Source: Vairimorpha necatrix
Taxonomy: Eukaryota
NCBI GenBank assembly: GCA_036630325.1
Contig: CP142735.1
Span: 806,001-870,000, forward strand
Length of the DNA stretch: 64,000 nucleotides
Reading direction: 5' to 3'
Shown: positions 11,053 through 23,411 of the stretch, one piece after another
Numbering within the stretch: the first letter of the stretch is position 1
Layout of the letters: each line of letters begins with the position of its first letter
The notes under the pieces: model-generated
What the model was told of the DNA's origin: nothing
What the model saw: the letters and a program-made list of their open reading frames with translations, nothing else
Database searches by the model: none
Position numbers and translations under genes: made by a program

Positions 11053-13596
11053 TTATATTATTGTAATGTTAAATCTTCTCCTTAAATAAAATCTCTCATC
11101 ATCTTTCACTATCTTAACTTCAAATTTATCAAAAACTTTTATTTTCCCTTCTTCAAATGTTATCGCTCCATTTATTCCATATTCTGGTATAAATATCAGA
11201 TAACCATTAGATTTGATTTCTGTGACGTAAGCATGTGTCACGGGCTCAATTTGTTTTATAGCTTCATAAATGAATAATGTCGACACATCCCATGCGCATC
11301 TCCGTGCACTACTGTGTCTCATATTTATATTATTAATTATTACTCCATTTATATTATCCAATTCATTTGTATTTATCTCGTTTACAGATTTAAGCCTTTT
11401 TATATTTTTCTTGTCTTCTTTTTCTTTATTTAAAATATAATTTAAACTTCTATGTACCAAAATATCTGCATATCTTCGTATAGGAGAAGTAAAATGTGTA
11501 TAAAGTGGTGTAGCAAGCCCATAATGATTAAAATCAGTTTCTTCACTTGATAATACATAAGTCGCCTGGTTCATGGCTTTAGTAATTATCTTTTTAAATA
11601 TACCTGATTTTTCTGGATTTAATTTACTTAAAACTTCGTTCACATTTTTACTATTTTTTAAATTTATGTCAAGAGGCATTTCGACCTCTGAAGGTGGTGG
11701 ATGTTTTCTCAATAAAGCATTTTCAGGATAATTTTTATATAAAAATTCTGCTACACTAATATTTGCTAGTAACATAAATTCTTCTATAAGTGTATTTGTT
11801 ATAATCGAATCTTTTTGTATTATCTTCTTGTTTTTTATTTCTATTTTACTTGCGCTCAAATCTAAGGCCCCATTTTCTTGACGTTTATTTCTCAGTTTTT
11901 TTGATATTTCGTATAAATTTACTAAATCTTGTTTTATATCTGAAGTATCATTTGATTCTAAAAGATTTAAAGCTTCTTCGTATGAAAAAGCTTTACATGA
12001 TTTTATGAGTCCTTTAGTGAATTCTGTATTTAAAATATTTGCATTTTCGTCTATTTCCCAAATAACGGAGAATGTGCCTCGTTCTTGATTTTCTAAAAGA
12101 CTGCAAAGTCCTGCGCTTAAGAATTCAGGCAACATGTCTATTCTTCGATCTGGTAGATAAACAGTAGTGCCTCTGTCTGAAGAAATGGAGTCTAAGGCGG
12201 ACCCCGGCTTGACATAATGCGACACATCTGCGATGTGGACGCCCACTTCAAAATTACCATTTTCCAGTTTTCTGATATGAAGTGCATCGTCCACATCTGT
12301 ACACCCTTCTGGATCTACACTGAATATATTGAGATGCCTCAAATCTCTTCTTACTTTATTTTCGACTTCTTTATAAATTGACTCTAGACTGAAATATTCA
12401 GATTTCTCATTTTTCAGAGCTTTAAGGGTTTCTGTGTCGTAGAAATTTCCTGGAGAAATTAAATCTTCCCAATTTATTTCTGAATATGAAATATTATTTG
12501 ACAATAAAATGCATTTGATTTCTCCTTCTACATTTCCTATCTCGGACATCTTCTTAAAATAGTGTCCTCCTGGATATTTACTGTCTTTATCCCAGAATTC
12601 TATTTCTAAATATAATCTTCTATTAATTAATTCTTCAGGTTGGCTTGTTCTAATTCTTACTGGGGGATATTTCTTGTCTATTGGGAGGACTAAAACATTC
12701 TGAGGACCGTCTCCATTTACAGTGGAATTTAAAATTGTACCAATGAGCTCAGTTCTGCCTCTTTTTGATATTCCCACCACTTTACCAAACAGAGTGTCTT
12801 TTTTATCTTCTTGATTAATTTTGATATTTTTTTGTTTTTTATTGTCTATTTCGTCATTTTCTAAATCAATTTCATCTTTTTGTATTTCATCAATTAATTC
12901 CACATAAACTTCATCTCCGTGTATCGCTCTGTTCATATTTCTACTTCCTAAAATTCTTATCCTTTTATTTTGACTAAAAATTGTCCCATTTCTCCAATTG
13001 TACGTGTCTACCATAAGCGTAGACTTGTAAATATTCTCTGAGAAATTTGTATAATATTCTTCGTACTCCGTATCTTCTTTAATATATTCATCTTCTACAA
13101 GATCTTTTATTATTTCTATATTGTCACAATACTCAGTAGTATTGAAATATTCTGGATATTTCTTTATGTTCTCAAGATTTATTATTATAAATTGTCTATC
13201 AGGTAAATGTTCCTTATAAAAATCTAGTACTCCTTCTAATCCTTTACTATTCGTATATTCGGAAAAGTGATCATAAAAAAAGACATAAAATTTCTTGTTG
13301 ATAATTTCCATAATTCGTCTTTGATCTCCCATGGATAATTTAAGAAATTCTGACTGACAAATAATTGGCCTTATAAAATCACTCTTAAGAAGAGACTTGT
13401 GTTTTTCCATGATTTCTTTAGAAATAATTGAAAATACAACAAATTCACTGTAAATTGGAGAAGAGCAACATGAAAAACCACAAGGAATATTTTTCCTGAC
13501 ATAGATTTCTTTTACTCTTTTTATAAGTTGATTTCTTTTTGATATTTTATATTCGTAAATACTATTACTGTATTTGTATTTTGGATCATCTTCCAT
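11053..13596 (-). CDS. DIS3: Exosome exoribonuclease Dis3/Rrp44 (RNB family)
   Basis: SVDPEGCTDVDDALH, HIADVS and YTHFTSPIRRYAD; divergent N-terminal CR3/PIN region. Confidence 0.95.
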   Translation of the reverse strand: MEDDPKYKYSNSIYEYKISKRNQLIKRVKEIYVRKNIPCGFSCCSSPIYSEFVVFSIISKEIMEKHKSLLKSDFIRPIICQSEFLKLSMGDQRRIMEIINKKFYVFFYDHFSEYTNSKGLEGVLDFYKEHLPDRQFIIINLENIKKYPEYFNTTEYCDNIEIIKDLVEDEYIKEDTEYEEYYTNFSENIYKSTLMVDTYNWRNGTIFSQNKRIRILGSRNMNRAIHGDEVYVELIDEIQKDEIDLENDEIDNKKQKNIKINQEDKKDTLFGKVVGISKRGRTELIGTILNSTVNGDGPQNVLVLPIDKKYPPVRIRTSQPEELINRRLYLEIEFWDKDSKYPGGHYFKKMSEIGNVEGEIKCILLSNNISYSEINWEDLISPGNFYDTETLKALKNEKSEYFSLESIYKEVENKVRRDLRHLNIFSVDPEGCTDVDDALHIRKLENGNFEVGVHIADVSHYVKPGSALDSISSDRGTTVYLPDRRIDMLPEFLSAGLCSLLENQERGTFSVIWEIDENANILNTEFTKGLIKSCKAFSYEEALNLLESNDTSDIKQDLVNLYEISKKLRNKRQENGALDLSASKIEIKNKKIIQKDSIITNTLIEEFMLLANISVAEFLYKNYPENALLRKHPPPSEVEMPLDINLKNSKNVNEVLSKLNPEKSGIFKKIITKAMNQATYVLSSEETDFNHYGLATPLYTHFTSPIRRYADILVHRSLNYILNKEKEDKKNIKRLKSVNEINTNELDNINGVIINNINMRHSSARRCAWDVSTLFIYEAIKQIEPVTHAYVTEIKSNGYLIFIPEYGINGAITFEEGKIKVFDKFEVKIVKDDERFYLRRRFNITII

Positions 13597-14178
13597 ATGG
13601 GGGAATATAAAAAATAAATTTAGAATTTCTTCTTTAGGACAAAATTATAAGATAGACTCTATTTTAAGGACAATAAGCTTAAACAAGGGCACTAAAAAAC
13701 TTCGTTCTCTTTAGTAAAAACAATATAGATGCTCTCGGGGTTCATCTTATAAATCATGATAAAAATTGGTCGGTGATTTTAGTCTCCTTTCTGTCTCTTG
13801 CGTGATACTTAGCTGTGTCATGCTCATAAAAAATAATGTCTGGTTTTTTATAGTGCATATGGAAATTATGAGTGATGTTTTTTTATGCCTGAAATCGAGT
13901 TCTTTATATTTTTATAATGTAAAAAATGAAGAGCCTTTTCGTTATTTTAAAAATCCATCTCTAGATTCTGTATTTGCATATAACAAATATATGATCTAAT
14001 TATTTTTTATCATCTATTAAAAAATAACAATTTTTTAATTTTTCTTATGCATAAAAATTTAGTTCTTTTATATTTTTTCTGCATAAACACTTTGTTTGTT
14101 AAGAAACAAACTTGTGCATATAAAAATAAATAATTTTTGCATAAAAAGAAATAATATATTTTTAAAATTCTTTACTTT

Positions 14179-15498
14179 TTAATTTCCGAATACATCTTCT
14201 GAATCTTCAATAGTTGCTTCTTGATATTGTTGATATTCCGATAATAAATCATTCATATTAGATTCCGCCTCTGAGAATTCCATCTCGTCCATTCCTTCTC
14301 CAGTGTACCAATGTAAAAAGGCCTTTTTTCTGAACATGAGACTGAATTGTTCACTGACTCTTTTAAAGAGTTCCTGGATAGCAGTGGTGTTTCCCATGAA
14401 TGTACCAGTCATTTCAAATCCTTCAGGGGCGATGTCACAGACAGCAGTCTTTACATTACTGGGGATCCATTCTACGAAGAGATTACTAGTTTTATTTTGA
14501 ACACTGGCCATTTGTTCATCTACATCTTTCATAGAGACTTTTCCTCTGAATACTGCTGCTACTGTTAAATATCTTCCCTTTTTGGGATCACAGGCTGTCA
14601 TCATATTTCTACTGTCAAACATTTGCTGAGTCAATTCTGAGACCGAGTAAGTTTTAAATTGTTGAGTGTCCTGAGCAATGAGAGGCGCGAAACTGACCAC
14701 GAAGAAATGAAGTCTAGGGAAAGGAATCATGTTGACGGCCAATTTCCTCAAGTCTGCATTGAGTTGTCCTGGGAATCTGAGACAAGTAGTCACGCCACTC
14801 ATGACAAGAGAAACAAGATGATTTAAATCTCCGTATCCTGGGTTAGTAAGCTTTAGAGTCTTCAGACAGATGTCATAAAGGGCTTCATTGTCAATACAGA
14901 AAGTTATATCAGCATTTTCTACTAATTGATGAATACTCAGCGTAGCATTGTAGGGCTCGACTACTGTGTCACTGACCTTAGGGGAAGGCACAACTGAGAA
15001 AGTGCAAATCATCCTATCAGAAAATTCTTCCCTGATTTTAGACAAGAGTAAAGTTCCCATCCCGGCTCCTGTTCCTCCTCCCAATGAGTGGGTAATTTGG
15101 AAGCCTTGTAGGCAGTCGGCGCTTTCCGCCTCTTTCCTGACTATGTCCATGACATTGTCTATGAGCTCGGCCCCTTCAGTGTAATGCCCCTTGGCCCAGT
15201 TATTTCCCGCGCCAGATTGGCCAAAGACAAAGTTGTCAGGCCTGAAAAGATTTCCAAATGGGCCTTGCTTGATTGTCTCCATAGTGCCAGGCTCTAAATC
15301 TACTAAGACAGCCCTGGGCACATATTTCTGACAAAATGACTCATTATAATACACACTAATTCTTTCTAACTGATTATCAGATGTCCCTTCATATCTACCA
15401 TCCTTGGCTATACCATGCTCACTACTTATAGTCTCCCAGAATTTGCCACCTATTTGATTACCACATTGGCCTGTTTGTAAATGAATAATTTCTCTCAT
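14179..15498 (-). CDS. TUB2: Beta-tubulin (439 aa)
   Basis: The true start is MREII at 15498, preceded by GCCCTTATTT. Signature GGGTGAG is present. Confidence 0.98.
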   Translation of the reverse strand: MREIIHLQTGQCGNQIGGKFWETISSEHGIAKDGRYEGTSDNQLERISVYYNESFCQKYVPRAVLVDLEPGTMETIKQGPFGNLFRPDNFVFGQSGAGNNWAKGHYTEGAELIDNVMDIVRKEAESADCLQGFQITHSLGGGTGAGMGTLLLSKIREEFSDRMICTFSVVPSPKVSDTVVEPYNATLSIHQLVENADITFCIDNEALYDICLKTLKLTNPGYGDLNHLVSLVMSGVTTCLRFPGQLNADLRKLAVNMIPFPRLHFFVVSFAPLIAQDTQQFKTYSVSELTQQMFDSRNMMTACDPKKGRYLTVAAVFRGKVSMKDVDEQMASVQNKTSNLFVEWIPSNVKTAVCDIAPEGFEMTGTFMGNTTAIQELFKRVSEQFSLMFRKKAFLHWYTGEGMDEMEFSEAESNMNDLLSEYQQYQEATIEDSEDVFGN

Positions 15499-15630
15499 AA
15501 ATAAGGGCAAAAAAAAACAAGAAAGTAAACAAAAACTCAACCATGAGAAAAGATGTAAATTATAAATAAAAACATAAAAAAGCATATTAATTTCTTAAAT
15601 AAATTTCTACCTAAATTTTTTAAAAAAAAA

Positions 15631-15702
15631 TTCCTCGTCCGGGAATCGAACCCGGGCCTACAGTGTGAGAGACTATCATCCTAACCACTGGACCAACAAG
15701 GA
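15631..15702 (-). tRNA. tRNA-Glu(CTC)
   Basis: Cloverleaf on the minus strand: acceptor TCCTTGT/ACGAGGA, anticodon arm ATAGT-CTCTCAC-ACTGT, T-loop TTCGATT; T-run downstream. Confidence 0.93.
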
Positions 15703-16495
15703 TTGATATTAAAAATCAATAAAAATATATAATAAGACAGTATATTAAGTATGTCTGATTGTTAATAAAAAATAATCTATAAAGAAAAAAAACCAAGCGA
15801 AATAAATTTTAAATATGGAAATAAAATATAAATACTAAAAAGAAGTTTGCAGTGTAATACACTATGTATAAAAAAGCTTAAGTGCCATTACATATGTGTA
15901 CAATATTTATAATTAATAATTAAAGCTAAATATGATCTGTAAATATTTTACCTTTATAATCTAACTCGATTTTAATATTAAAAATTTGTAAGCTGATAAA
16001 CATTTTATAATATAATATGAAAATAAAATAGGAATGTTTTAAGAAGATAATTTCGTTTGTTTATTTTAAATGCATCTTTTGATGATATATAAGATTATTA
16101 TGTTTTTTTTGTAATATGGAAATAAATATGTATCCAAATTATTAGCTTTAAATATCATCTTCCCCAAGCAAGGCCTTATAAAATTCTAGTGTATAATAAA
16201 ATATTAGTTGTAAAAATTTTATCTGCTGTGTTGCTTCGCTTTTATATCAATATTGGTTTTTTTTTTTGGGGGGGGGGGGTGGGGTTACCTTAAATTTTTA
16301 ATGTTTTATATTTATTTACTAATATTCATTTGTACCTCATATATATATATATATAGAGAGAGAGAGATTTTATTTTATGTCTATTGTATTGTTAATATGC
16401 GGAATTTCATAAGAATATTGGCGTCATAATCGTTTTTTCAATAAAAAATGAATCAATTTTATTAAATAATTTATTAAGCGATCTCTCATTATCTG

Positions 16496-19400
16496 TGTCG
16501 AATGTTCCTTTATTTACGAATTGCATCGGGGTGAAAATATATAATATTTATAGAAGGATACGACACCTCTCCCCCCTAAATTGAAGTATCTGCTTTAACT
16601 CGTGTTTTGTTAAGCCTGTATACTTTTCCATTCTTTTTTACCACATAGGCATCGGGTAAAATTATTTCTGTGATCACGTATCCATCTTCCCAATTGCACT
16701 TGAACTTCCCGCTTTTAGTCTCACGATATATTAAAACTTTATCGCCCACGTTTAGCTTTTTCGCCACCTCTACTTTCCCTTTCACGATTGCTTTTTTGTA
16801 CTTTTCGAAGTTTTCATCGCGCTTACTCTTAGTTTCCTCCGCTGAGAATGTCACTTCTTCCTTGTCTAGCGCTTTGTCTACAGACAGCATCGGCAATTTA
16901 TTCTCCCTTAACATGAACGGCGATGTTCCTATGCTCCGATTATAAGACAGGTTGAGGCATCTCGTGGCTTCTGGAAGCTTGTTCTTCCAGCTTACCCTTC
17001 CGAAATCTGTAATTTTATTTAGTATCTTCATTAACGTCTGATTCGCTCTTTCTACTGCGCCTACAGTTTCGTGATGTTCTGGTGAACTGTATTGCCAGTC
17101 AATACCGTTCTTTTCGGCCAGGTCTTTGATGTCAGAATTTATAAATTCTAGCCCGTTGTCAGTCAAGATTCTTTCTGGAATGCCGTGTTTCTCGATAATC
17201 AATTGCTGGATTAATCCCATTATTTTCGACCCTGTTTTATAGTTAATAACAGCCGTCTCGACCCATTTAGAGTAGTGGTCAATAGCAATGAATATGAAGC
17301 TGTTTTGACCCGAAGTGTCGCATATGCGTCCTATGAGATCTATCACCCATATTTGGTTCGGCCTCTCTGATCGTATAACTTTGTTTTTTGTGTTTCGTAA
17401 TGGGTATCCCGATTTCAAGCACGTTTTACACTTTTCTACGTGTTCCTTGATGTCCTTATGCATTCCTGCCCATTTGTACCTTTGTGAAATCATGAAGCTC
17501 ATCGTACTAGCGCTAGCATGTCCAACGTCTAGATGGTAGGATTCTAAGATCTTCTGTCTGTCTTCATCGCTTGGTCCTGTAGCTTCGATGATATTTATAT
17601 CTTTCTCTGTCGGGGTTTGTCTGCTTAACCCGTCTGCTCCATTAACCTCTTCTTTTATGTAGGTTGATTGAAATGCATACTCCTGCAAATCATTGCCCAC
17701 CTCAGCAATCTACTGGTAGGGTTCTTAGCTTCCCATAGATAAGTCAGCGCTTTGTGGTCCGTCTTCAATATGAACTCTCTACCCAGGAGGTGGTGTCTAT
17801 AGTTCTCGATGCCTTTTACAACGGCCAAGAGTTCTTTGTCTGTTGTAGAGTAGTTCTTATGGGCTTTCTCTAAACTTTTGCTGAATGCACTTACGAAGTG
17901 CTCCTTCCCATCATCTCCAATCTGTGAGAGGATCGCGCCTATTCCCTGCTCTGACGCATCCGTAGTCAGTATAAACGGTTTCCTGAGATTAATCTTGTAT
18001 CTTATTGTCTCTTCTGTGAGAAGTCTCTTTAGATCTTCGAATGCCCGTTTCTCCTTTTTGCTGAGAGAAATACTCTTAACACTTCGCTTTGACTCTCCTT
18101 TAAACAGTTCGTAGAGAGGGGCTGCTATCGCTGATAAGTTACGGATGAACTCCCTACAGTAATTTATGAGCCCAAGAAACGACCGTAGTTGAGCAATATT
18201 CGTCGGCTCCTTATACTCGTTTATGGCTTTGACCTTCTCTGGGTCCGGTTTGATCGTCTTGTTTGTTACTATATTCCCTAGAATTTTAATTTCTTCTTTG
18301 AAGAAGTGGCACTTCTTCCTGTTAAGTGCGATTCCTGCTGCCTTAAGCTTACCCAATACGATTTCCAAGTGTTCACGGTGTTCCTGGTGATTTTTAGAAT
18401 AGATAATAATGTCATCCAAGTATGGTATGACGAATTTTCTGTTTTCTTTCACAAAAATCTTATCCATAGTTCTCTGAAAAGTAGCAGGGGCATTACATAG
18501 CCCAAACGGCATCCTGTTAAATTCATAATGTCCTCCTCTCCAGCTGAATGCTGTCTTCTCCTTGTCTACTTCTTCAAGGGCTATCTGATAATATCCCGAC
18601 GTAGCATCTAATGTCGAAAAGATAGTAGCGTCAGCTAGATCGTCGAGAATTTCATCAACTCGTGGGAGGGGGTATTTATCTTTGACTGTTATCTTGTTGA
18701 GCTCTCTGTAATCTATACAGAGCCCGATCGACCCATCAGGTTTCGTTACCGGAACAACTCTACTGTTCCAGGGGCTCCTACTATTTCTTATTACGCCCAA
18801 CTGCAAGTTCTTCTTGATCTGTTGTGTGATTTCCTCTTCAAAGTGCAGAGGGATCTTTCCATTTTTCTGGTAAATTGCCTTCGCTACTGTTGTCTCGATT
18901 TGATGTTTCCCCATGTTACAAAGTGTAAGCTCTGAAATTTCAGTTTTGAACATGTCATGGTATTTCTCTTCGATTGAGATGTAATTGACTTTGTTAATCA
19001 GTGAGCCTTTCTTGACTGTATTGGCGAATTTTCTGATCAGTTGTTCCAGTAATATGGGGTTCGTTCGTATAGCGTCAACTCCTAAGATTATGTAGTCCGG
19101 TGTCCGTTCTGTGACGTAAGGGCTGAAAGTAATTGAAGTGTTTTCCGTCCTAAAATTGATATTTAGACATCTTCCTGTAATCTCCAATGGTGTCCCTGAT
19201 GCTGCTCGTATGATCGTTGAAGATCTGGTAAATCTGATATTTGTCCCTTCGAGGACTCTTGCGGGTATCAGGGAGACATCAGCTCCGGTATCAATTAATG
19301 CTCGATGTCGTTTACGATTGAATTCTACGTTTATGTAGCAAGGGTTAGTGAAACAGCTGTTGATCTTGTAGTTTTCTATGGTGTAGGGTATATTTCCCTT

Positions 19401-20039
19401 CTTCGATGGTGCGACCTTCAAAGTCCTGTTATCTAGTGTCTCGTCCGTATTAGTCGTGTTACTTTTCATAGGGAATGCTATCCAAGAAACTTCCTCTGTG
19501 CGCCTCAGGAATTCACTCCAATCTTGGCATTGTCTAGCAAAATCATAAAGAATTGATTTGAGGACTGAAGGAGACTTCTTGATTACTATGAGGCTGACTG
19601 CTTTGTACTCCATTGTTTGTTGCTCTATAAGTGAGTTTCCTTTCCTGCAGAAGTCTATGAAAGCCTCTAGGTTGCCAAATTGTTGCGGTTTAACAAACTC
19701 GTCTAGAGTGGCCAGAGTTTTCTGTGAACTGTAAAATCTCAATTTTAGACTCTTAGTAACCTCTGCCAGATCAAGTTCTGACACCCGTTCAAATGCCATT
19801 GCTATCCATGAGAGAGCTGGCCCCCGTAGACCCAGGCAGATAAGTCTGGCGGTCTGATCTTCTGTCAGTCCAAAAACCCTCGCCGTGAACGTTGTGTCAC
19901 GCAACCATGTATTTATATCCTCTTCCTTCTTATCACTGAAGCAGCCAACAGTTTTTATCGCTGTCGCCATGTCGAATGCTCCTTTATTTACGAATTGCAT
20001 GGGGGTGAAAATATATAATATTTATAGAAGGATACGACA
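16496..20039 (-). mobile_element. Ty3/gypsy LTR retrotransposon A (3544 bp, 70-bp LTRs)
   Basis: LTRs at 16496-16565 and 19970-20039 (TGTCG...CGACA, 2 mismatches). TSD ATCTG, primer-binding site (PBS) TGGCGACAGCG, polypurine tract (PPT) AGGGGGGAGAGG. Confidence 0.95.
16576..20000 (-). pseudogene. Gag-PR-RT-RH-IN polyprotein of element A, one frameshift near 17688
   Basis: LIDTGA, YLDD, TDAS...TDHKAL, HHCC and DDE. Adding one T at ATG ATT T^G CAG restores RWAMILQEY and joins the two ORFs. Confidence 0.88.
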
Positions 20040-22277
20040 ATCTGAATATAATAAACAACTATAGACAACGAGATTTAATCAAAAAAGACTGTACGTAAAT
20101 AATTAATCAATATTTACTTAAATAGTAATTAAATATTTTCAAAAAAACATAACTAGGTTTGGCTGTTATGAATTTTAGAATTATTGTATCGCAAGATTGT
20201 AGTAACCCGTCAAATTTCTTGTTTATCGGCAGCAATCAACAAAATTAAAAAAAACTGATGAACTATATATACTAATGACTAACTGCATTATTGAAATGTG
20301 TTTTGCCATCAAAAACCTGACAGTGCGCACACTAGACTGAATTTATCTACAACTGATGCTTAAAATTAGAGACATGGATCATATGAACATAAATAACTAT
20401 GTTTAACATTTTTTAATTTAATAAAAAGGCGTGTTCGCAATTGTATCCCATGTATATATCATAATAGTAAAAAATGCCCTCACAACCTATGTTGTTAGTA
20501 TTAAACATAAGTTGGGGAATCTTTTGTATTTTATTTGACAACTACAGGATTTATGATGCAACTCTATAAACATTTTATAAATAGCTTCTATTAATATTTT
20601 TTTTTTTATTGGAGAGTACCATGATTGCTAAATAAAAATTTGCAATTTCAAACATAAACGAAATATAATTATTTACGCTTTTATATTATCACAATAAATA
20701 TCTGTATTTATAAAATAACATTTAATAACTAATTTTACCCAAATTACTACCCATAAAAATTTTAACATATAAAACTCAACAATTACGTTTTACTGCGGAA
20801 AATAAATAAAACAGCGTTAGCTGCTACTGGATCAAGAACAAATACGATGAAAAAAAATATAACTAACAATAAAATTTATTATTAAAGAATATAAAAAAAG
20901 TTTTTTCACAAAAAAAAAAAAAAAGAGAAAACAGATTTGAATTTTATAAAAGTTTTATAAAAATACCAGCATAGTGACAATAACTAATGACATCTACAAA
21001 AACTTCCTCACAGATAAAATTTGGGCCGAAGCTTTTAATAGGTACCATCATAAGCATGGTTTTTGATGTAAGAGACGCATAGTTTATTGTGGTTTTTAAT
21101 ATAAAAAACAGTGATAATTATCATTATTATCAATAATATAGCAGTAAACTAGTAAATATGATTTTGATATATTTTTAAACATTAATGTTTTTTAACTATA
21201 TACTGAATATGATGTATTCTCGCAGTAAAAAAGTATTTAAAAACCTTGACGGTTACTTTTTGAAACAATGATCTGTAAAGCTCAATAGTAATGAGATACT
21301 ATGTTAGACGGATAAAATGATCATATGACTGCACAATAATACGAGAAATCTTTCTTTAAATACTAAAAATCCAACTATTTTGTAATTTTATGGTATTTTA
21401 TGGTCATTAAATTATTTATATTAATTTTGACGACACATAAAATCATACTAAGATTAATTTTGTCATTTAAATATGGAGTTAAATTCCTAATAAACCAGCA
21501 AACCTACAAATACAATAGGATATACCTACGTATAATGTTATTTTGTATATATCGGGCCATTTTATACTCATTTCCGATTTATCAATAGTAAAGTAAAAAA
21601 AATAAGTTTTGGTGTATCGATACTATATTTTTATATTAATAATCATATTTCTAAGTTTTACCTTTATTTGTTCTGAATTTTACACGTATTTGTTTGTATG
21701 TCAAATATAAATGAGTTTTTTGATGGCAACTTTGATGAACATGCGGAAATGGGCACTAAGTAATAATAATTTACGGACGGAAGTAAAAAATCGCAGCGTC
21801 TTATAATAAAGAATTAATTCTTGAAAAAAATTGAAATAAGCCTTTAATTTTCTATCAAAATAAGAATCATTTACAATTTAGATGGCATGATATTTTTTAT
21901 TCTTAAATAAAGTTTTTTTTTTAATTATTACTCTTATATGCAAATTTTATATTGTTTTTTTATTGGTTTATAATTTTGTATGTTATATTAAATTTTGCCA
22001 TACAATTTATTCTTAAAAATTTTTTATATTCAACACACAATAAAACGTAAAACCTTCTCCAAAAAAGTTTATTCAGATATCCAATTTATTGATAAAATCA
22101 TCTTCAATATTCTCTATGTTACATAATATCTATTGTACATAAAAAACCCTCGTAAATTAATTTAAATCTTAGTTTTGAATTATATTTATCTAATTATTTT
22201 TTTAATAAATAATTTGCTTTGTTTTTTTATAGAGGGTTAATTGTTTGTATTGATTTTTCCAATTTATTTACCCTCAA

Positions 22278-22847
22278 ATGAATCTTTCAGTTCTCTTTAA
22301 TATTCCTAATATTGTAGGATACATAAGAATATTCTTACTAATATTTGGAAATTATAAGTCAAAAACTATTTTCATATTATGTTATTCTTTATCGTCCGCT
22401 TTAGATTTCTTTGATGGATTTCTTGCTCGAAAATATAATCAATCTTCTATATTGGGCAAATGTCTTGATATGTTTACTGACAGGGTTTCTACTGTAGTGA
22501 TATCCCTAAGATGTATCAGAGATAAGTTTCCTTTATACAACTTTATATCTGCATATGTAATAATTGACCTTCTCTCTCATATGTTTCATTTCTATCTCTC
22601 GGCAATAGAAAATACTCAACATAAGGAGTGTACTAACTTAATATTATCTATTTATTATTATAAACCTTTCTTATTTTCAATATGTTTCTTGACAGAATTA
22701 TTCTTTATATATTGTGTATCAAATATAAAAAGAGGATATTTATTCAATGTACTGTATTGTTCAGCTATATGTAAAATGGGATTTCATATTGTACAATTAG
22801 CTAGTGCATTAAGTAGATTAAGTGACCATAAAGAGAAATTGGATTAA
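22278..22847 (+). CDS. PIS1: Phosphatidylinositol synthase (CDP-alcohol phosphatidyltransferase)
   Basis: PNIVGYIR and DFFDGFLARKYNQSSILGKCLDMFTDR. Confidence 0.92.
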   Translation: MNLSVLFNIPNIVGYIRIFLLIFGNYKSKTIFILCYSLSSALDFFDGFLARKYNQSSILGKCLDMFTDRVSTVVISLRCIRDKFPLYNFISAYVIIDLLSHMFHFYLSAIENTQHKECTNLILSIYYYKPFLFSICFLTELFFIYCVSNIKRGYLFNVLYCSAICKMGFHIVQLASALSRLSDHKEKLD

Positions 22848-22939
22848 AAAATTACTTATTAACTTAAAAAATAATATTTTATATGATAAAAGATTATCTT
22901 TTATATGTATAAATGTCTTATTAATTTATTTAAATAACT

Positions 22940-23390
22940 AGCGAATGTGTGATCAGACACGAGGTCTGATCTGAAATAGATGACGGAGTATCAATAATAG
23001 ATTTATTTGTTGTGGCCTTGATTTCGGGAAAGGGCTGGAAAATAAATAAATAAGAAATATTTCGAATAGACCATTTCGACAGTCTATTCCGAAAAGAGTA
23101 ATTGCTAAAATAAAAGTAACTCTCTAAATGCTCGTATTCAATAATAATTAACCACCTGTCGCTTATATCATCCTCCACATTAATATTAAAAAAGAATCAG
23201 TCACATTTGGGGATTCTTATTGTCAGCGTAGGTTCGTCGCCTGACAGAATGCTTTTTCGTTTTGAAAACGAGATTCATAGTTTCGTTTTATAATATGTCC
23301 TTCATCTTTAAATTTGCTATGTTTCCATTTAGAGAAGGGAGAATTTATAAAGGAGATAATATGATTTTTGCAAACACTTTGTAAGTATTA
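22940..23390 (+). ncRNA. Candidate structured non-coding RNA, class unknown
   Basis: At least six stem-loops plus a long-range stem; G-U pairs favour the + strand; no credible ORF. Confidence 0.45.
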
Positions 23391-23411
23391 AATAAAAGGT
23401 AAAATGAAGTT

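Noticed and set aside
13640-14000. 77-aa ORF or U3/RNase P-like RNA between DIS3 and beta-tubulin
   Set aside because: The ORF has a non-ATG start and no CCC context. A few hairpins and weak box similarities exist, but I could not assemble a consistent model.
15499-15585. N-terminal extensions in the ORF track (beta-tubulin, also 1313 and 63956)
   Set aside because: Conserved N-termini and CCC motifs identify downstream ATGs as the starts.
15631-16496. tRNA-targeted integration of element A
   Set aside because: The element is about 800 bp from tRNA-Glu, far more than Ty3-style targeting, and the other elements have no nearby tRNA.
17680-17700. Programmed frameshift between the two ORFs of element A (and at 37533 in element C)
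   Set aside because: Both are single-base losses in short T-runs inside RNase H or the integrase tail, not at a gag/pol boundary. Decay or sequencing error is more likely.
22930-23178. 82-aa minus-strand ORF
   Set aside because: GTG start and no motif; better explained by the structured RNA candidate.
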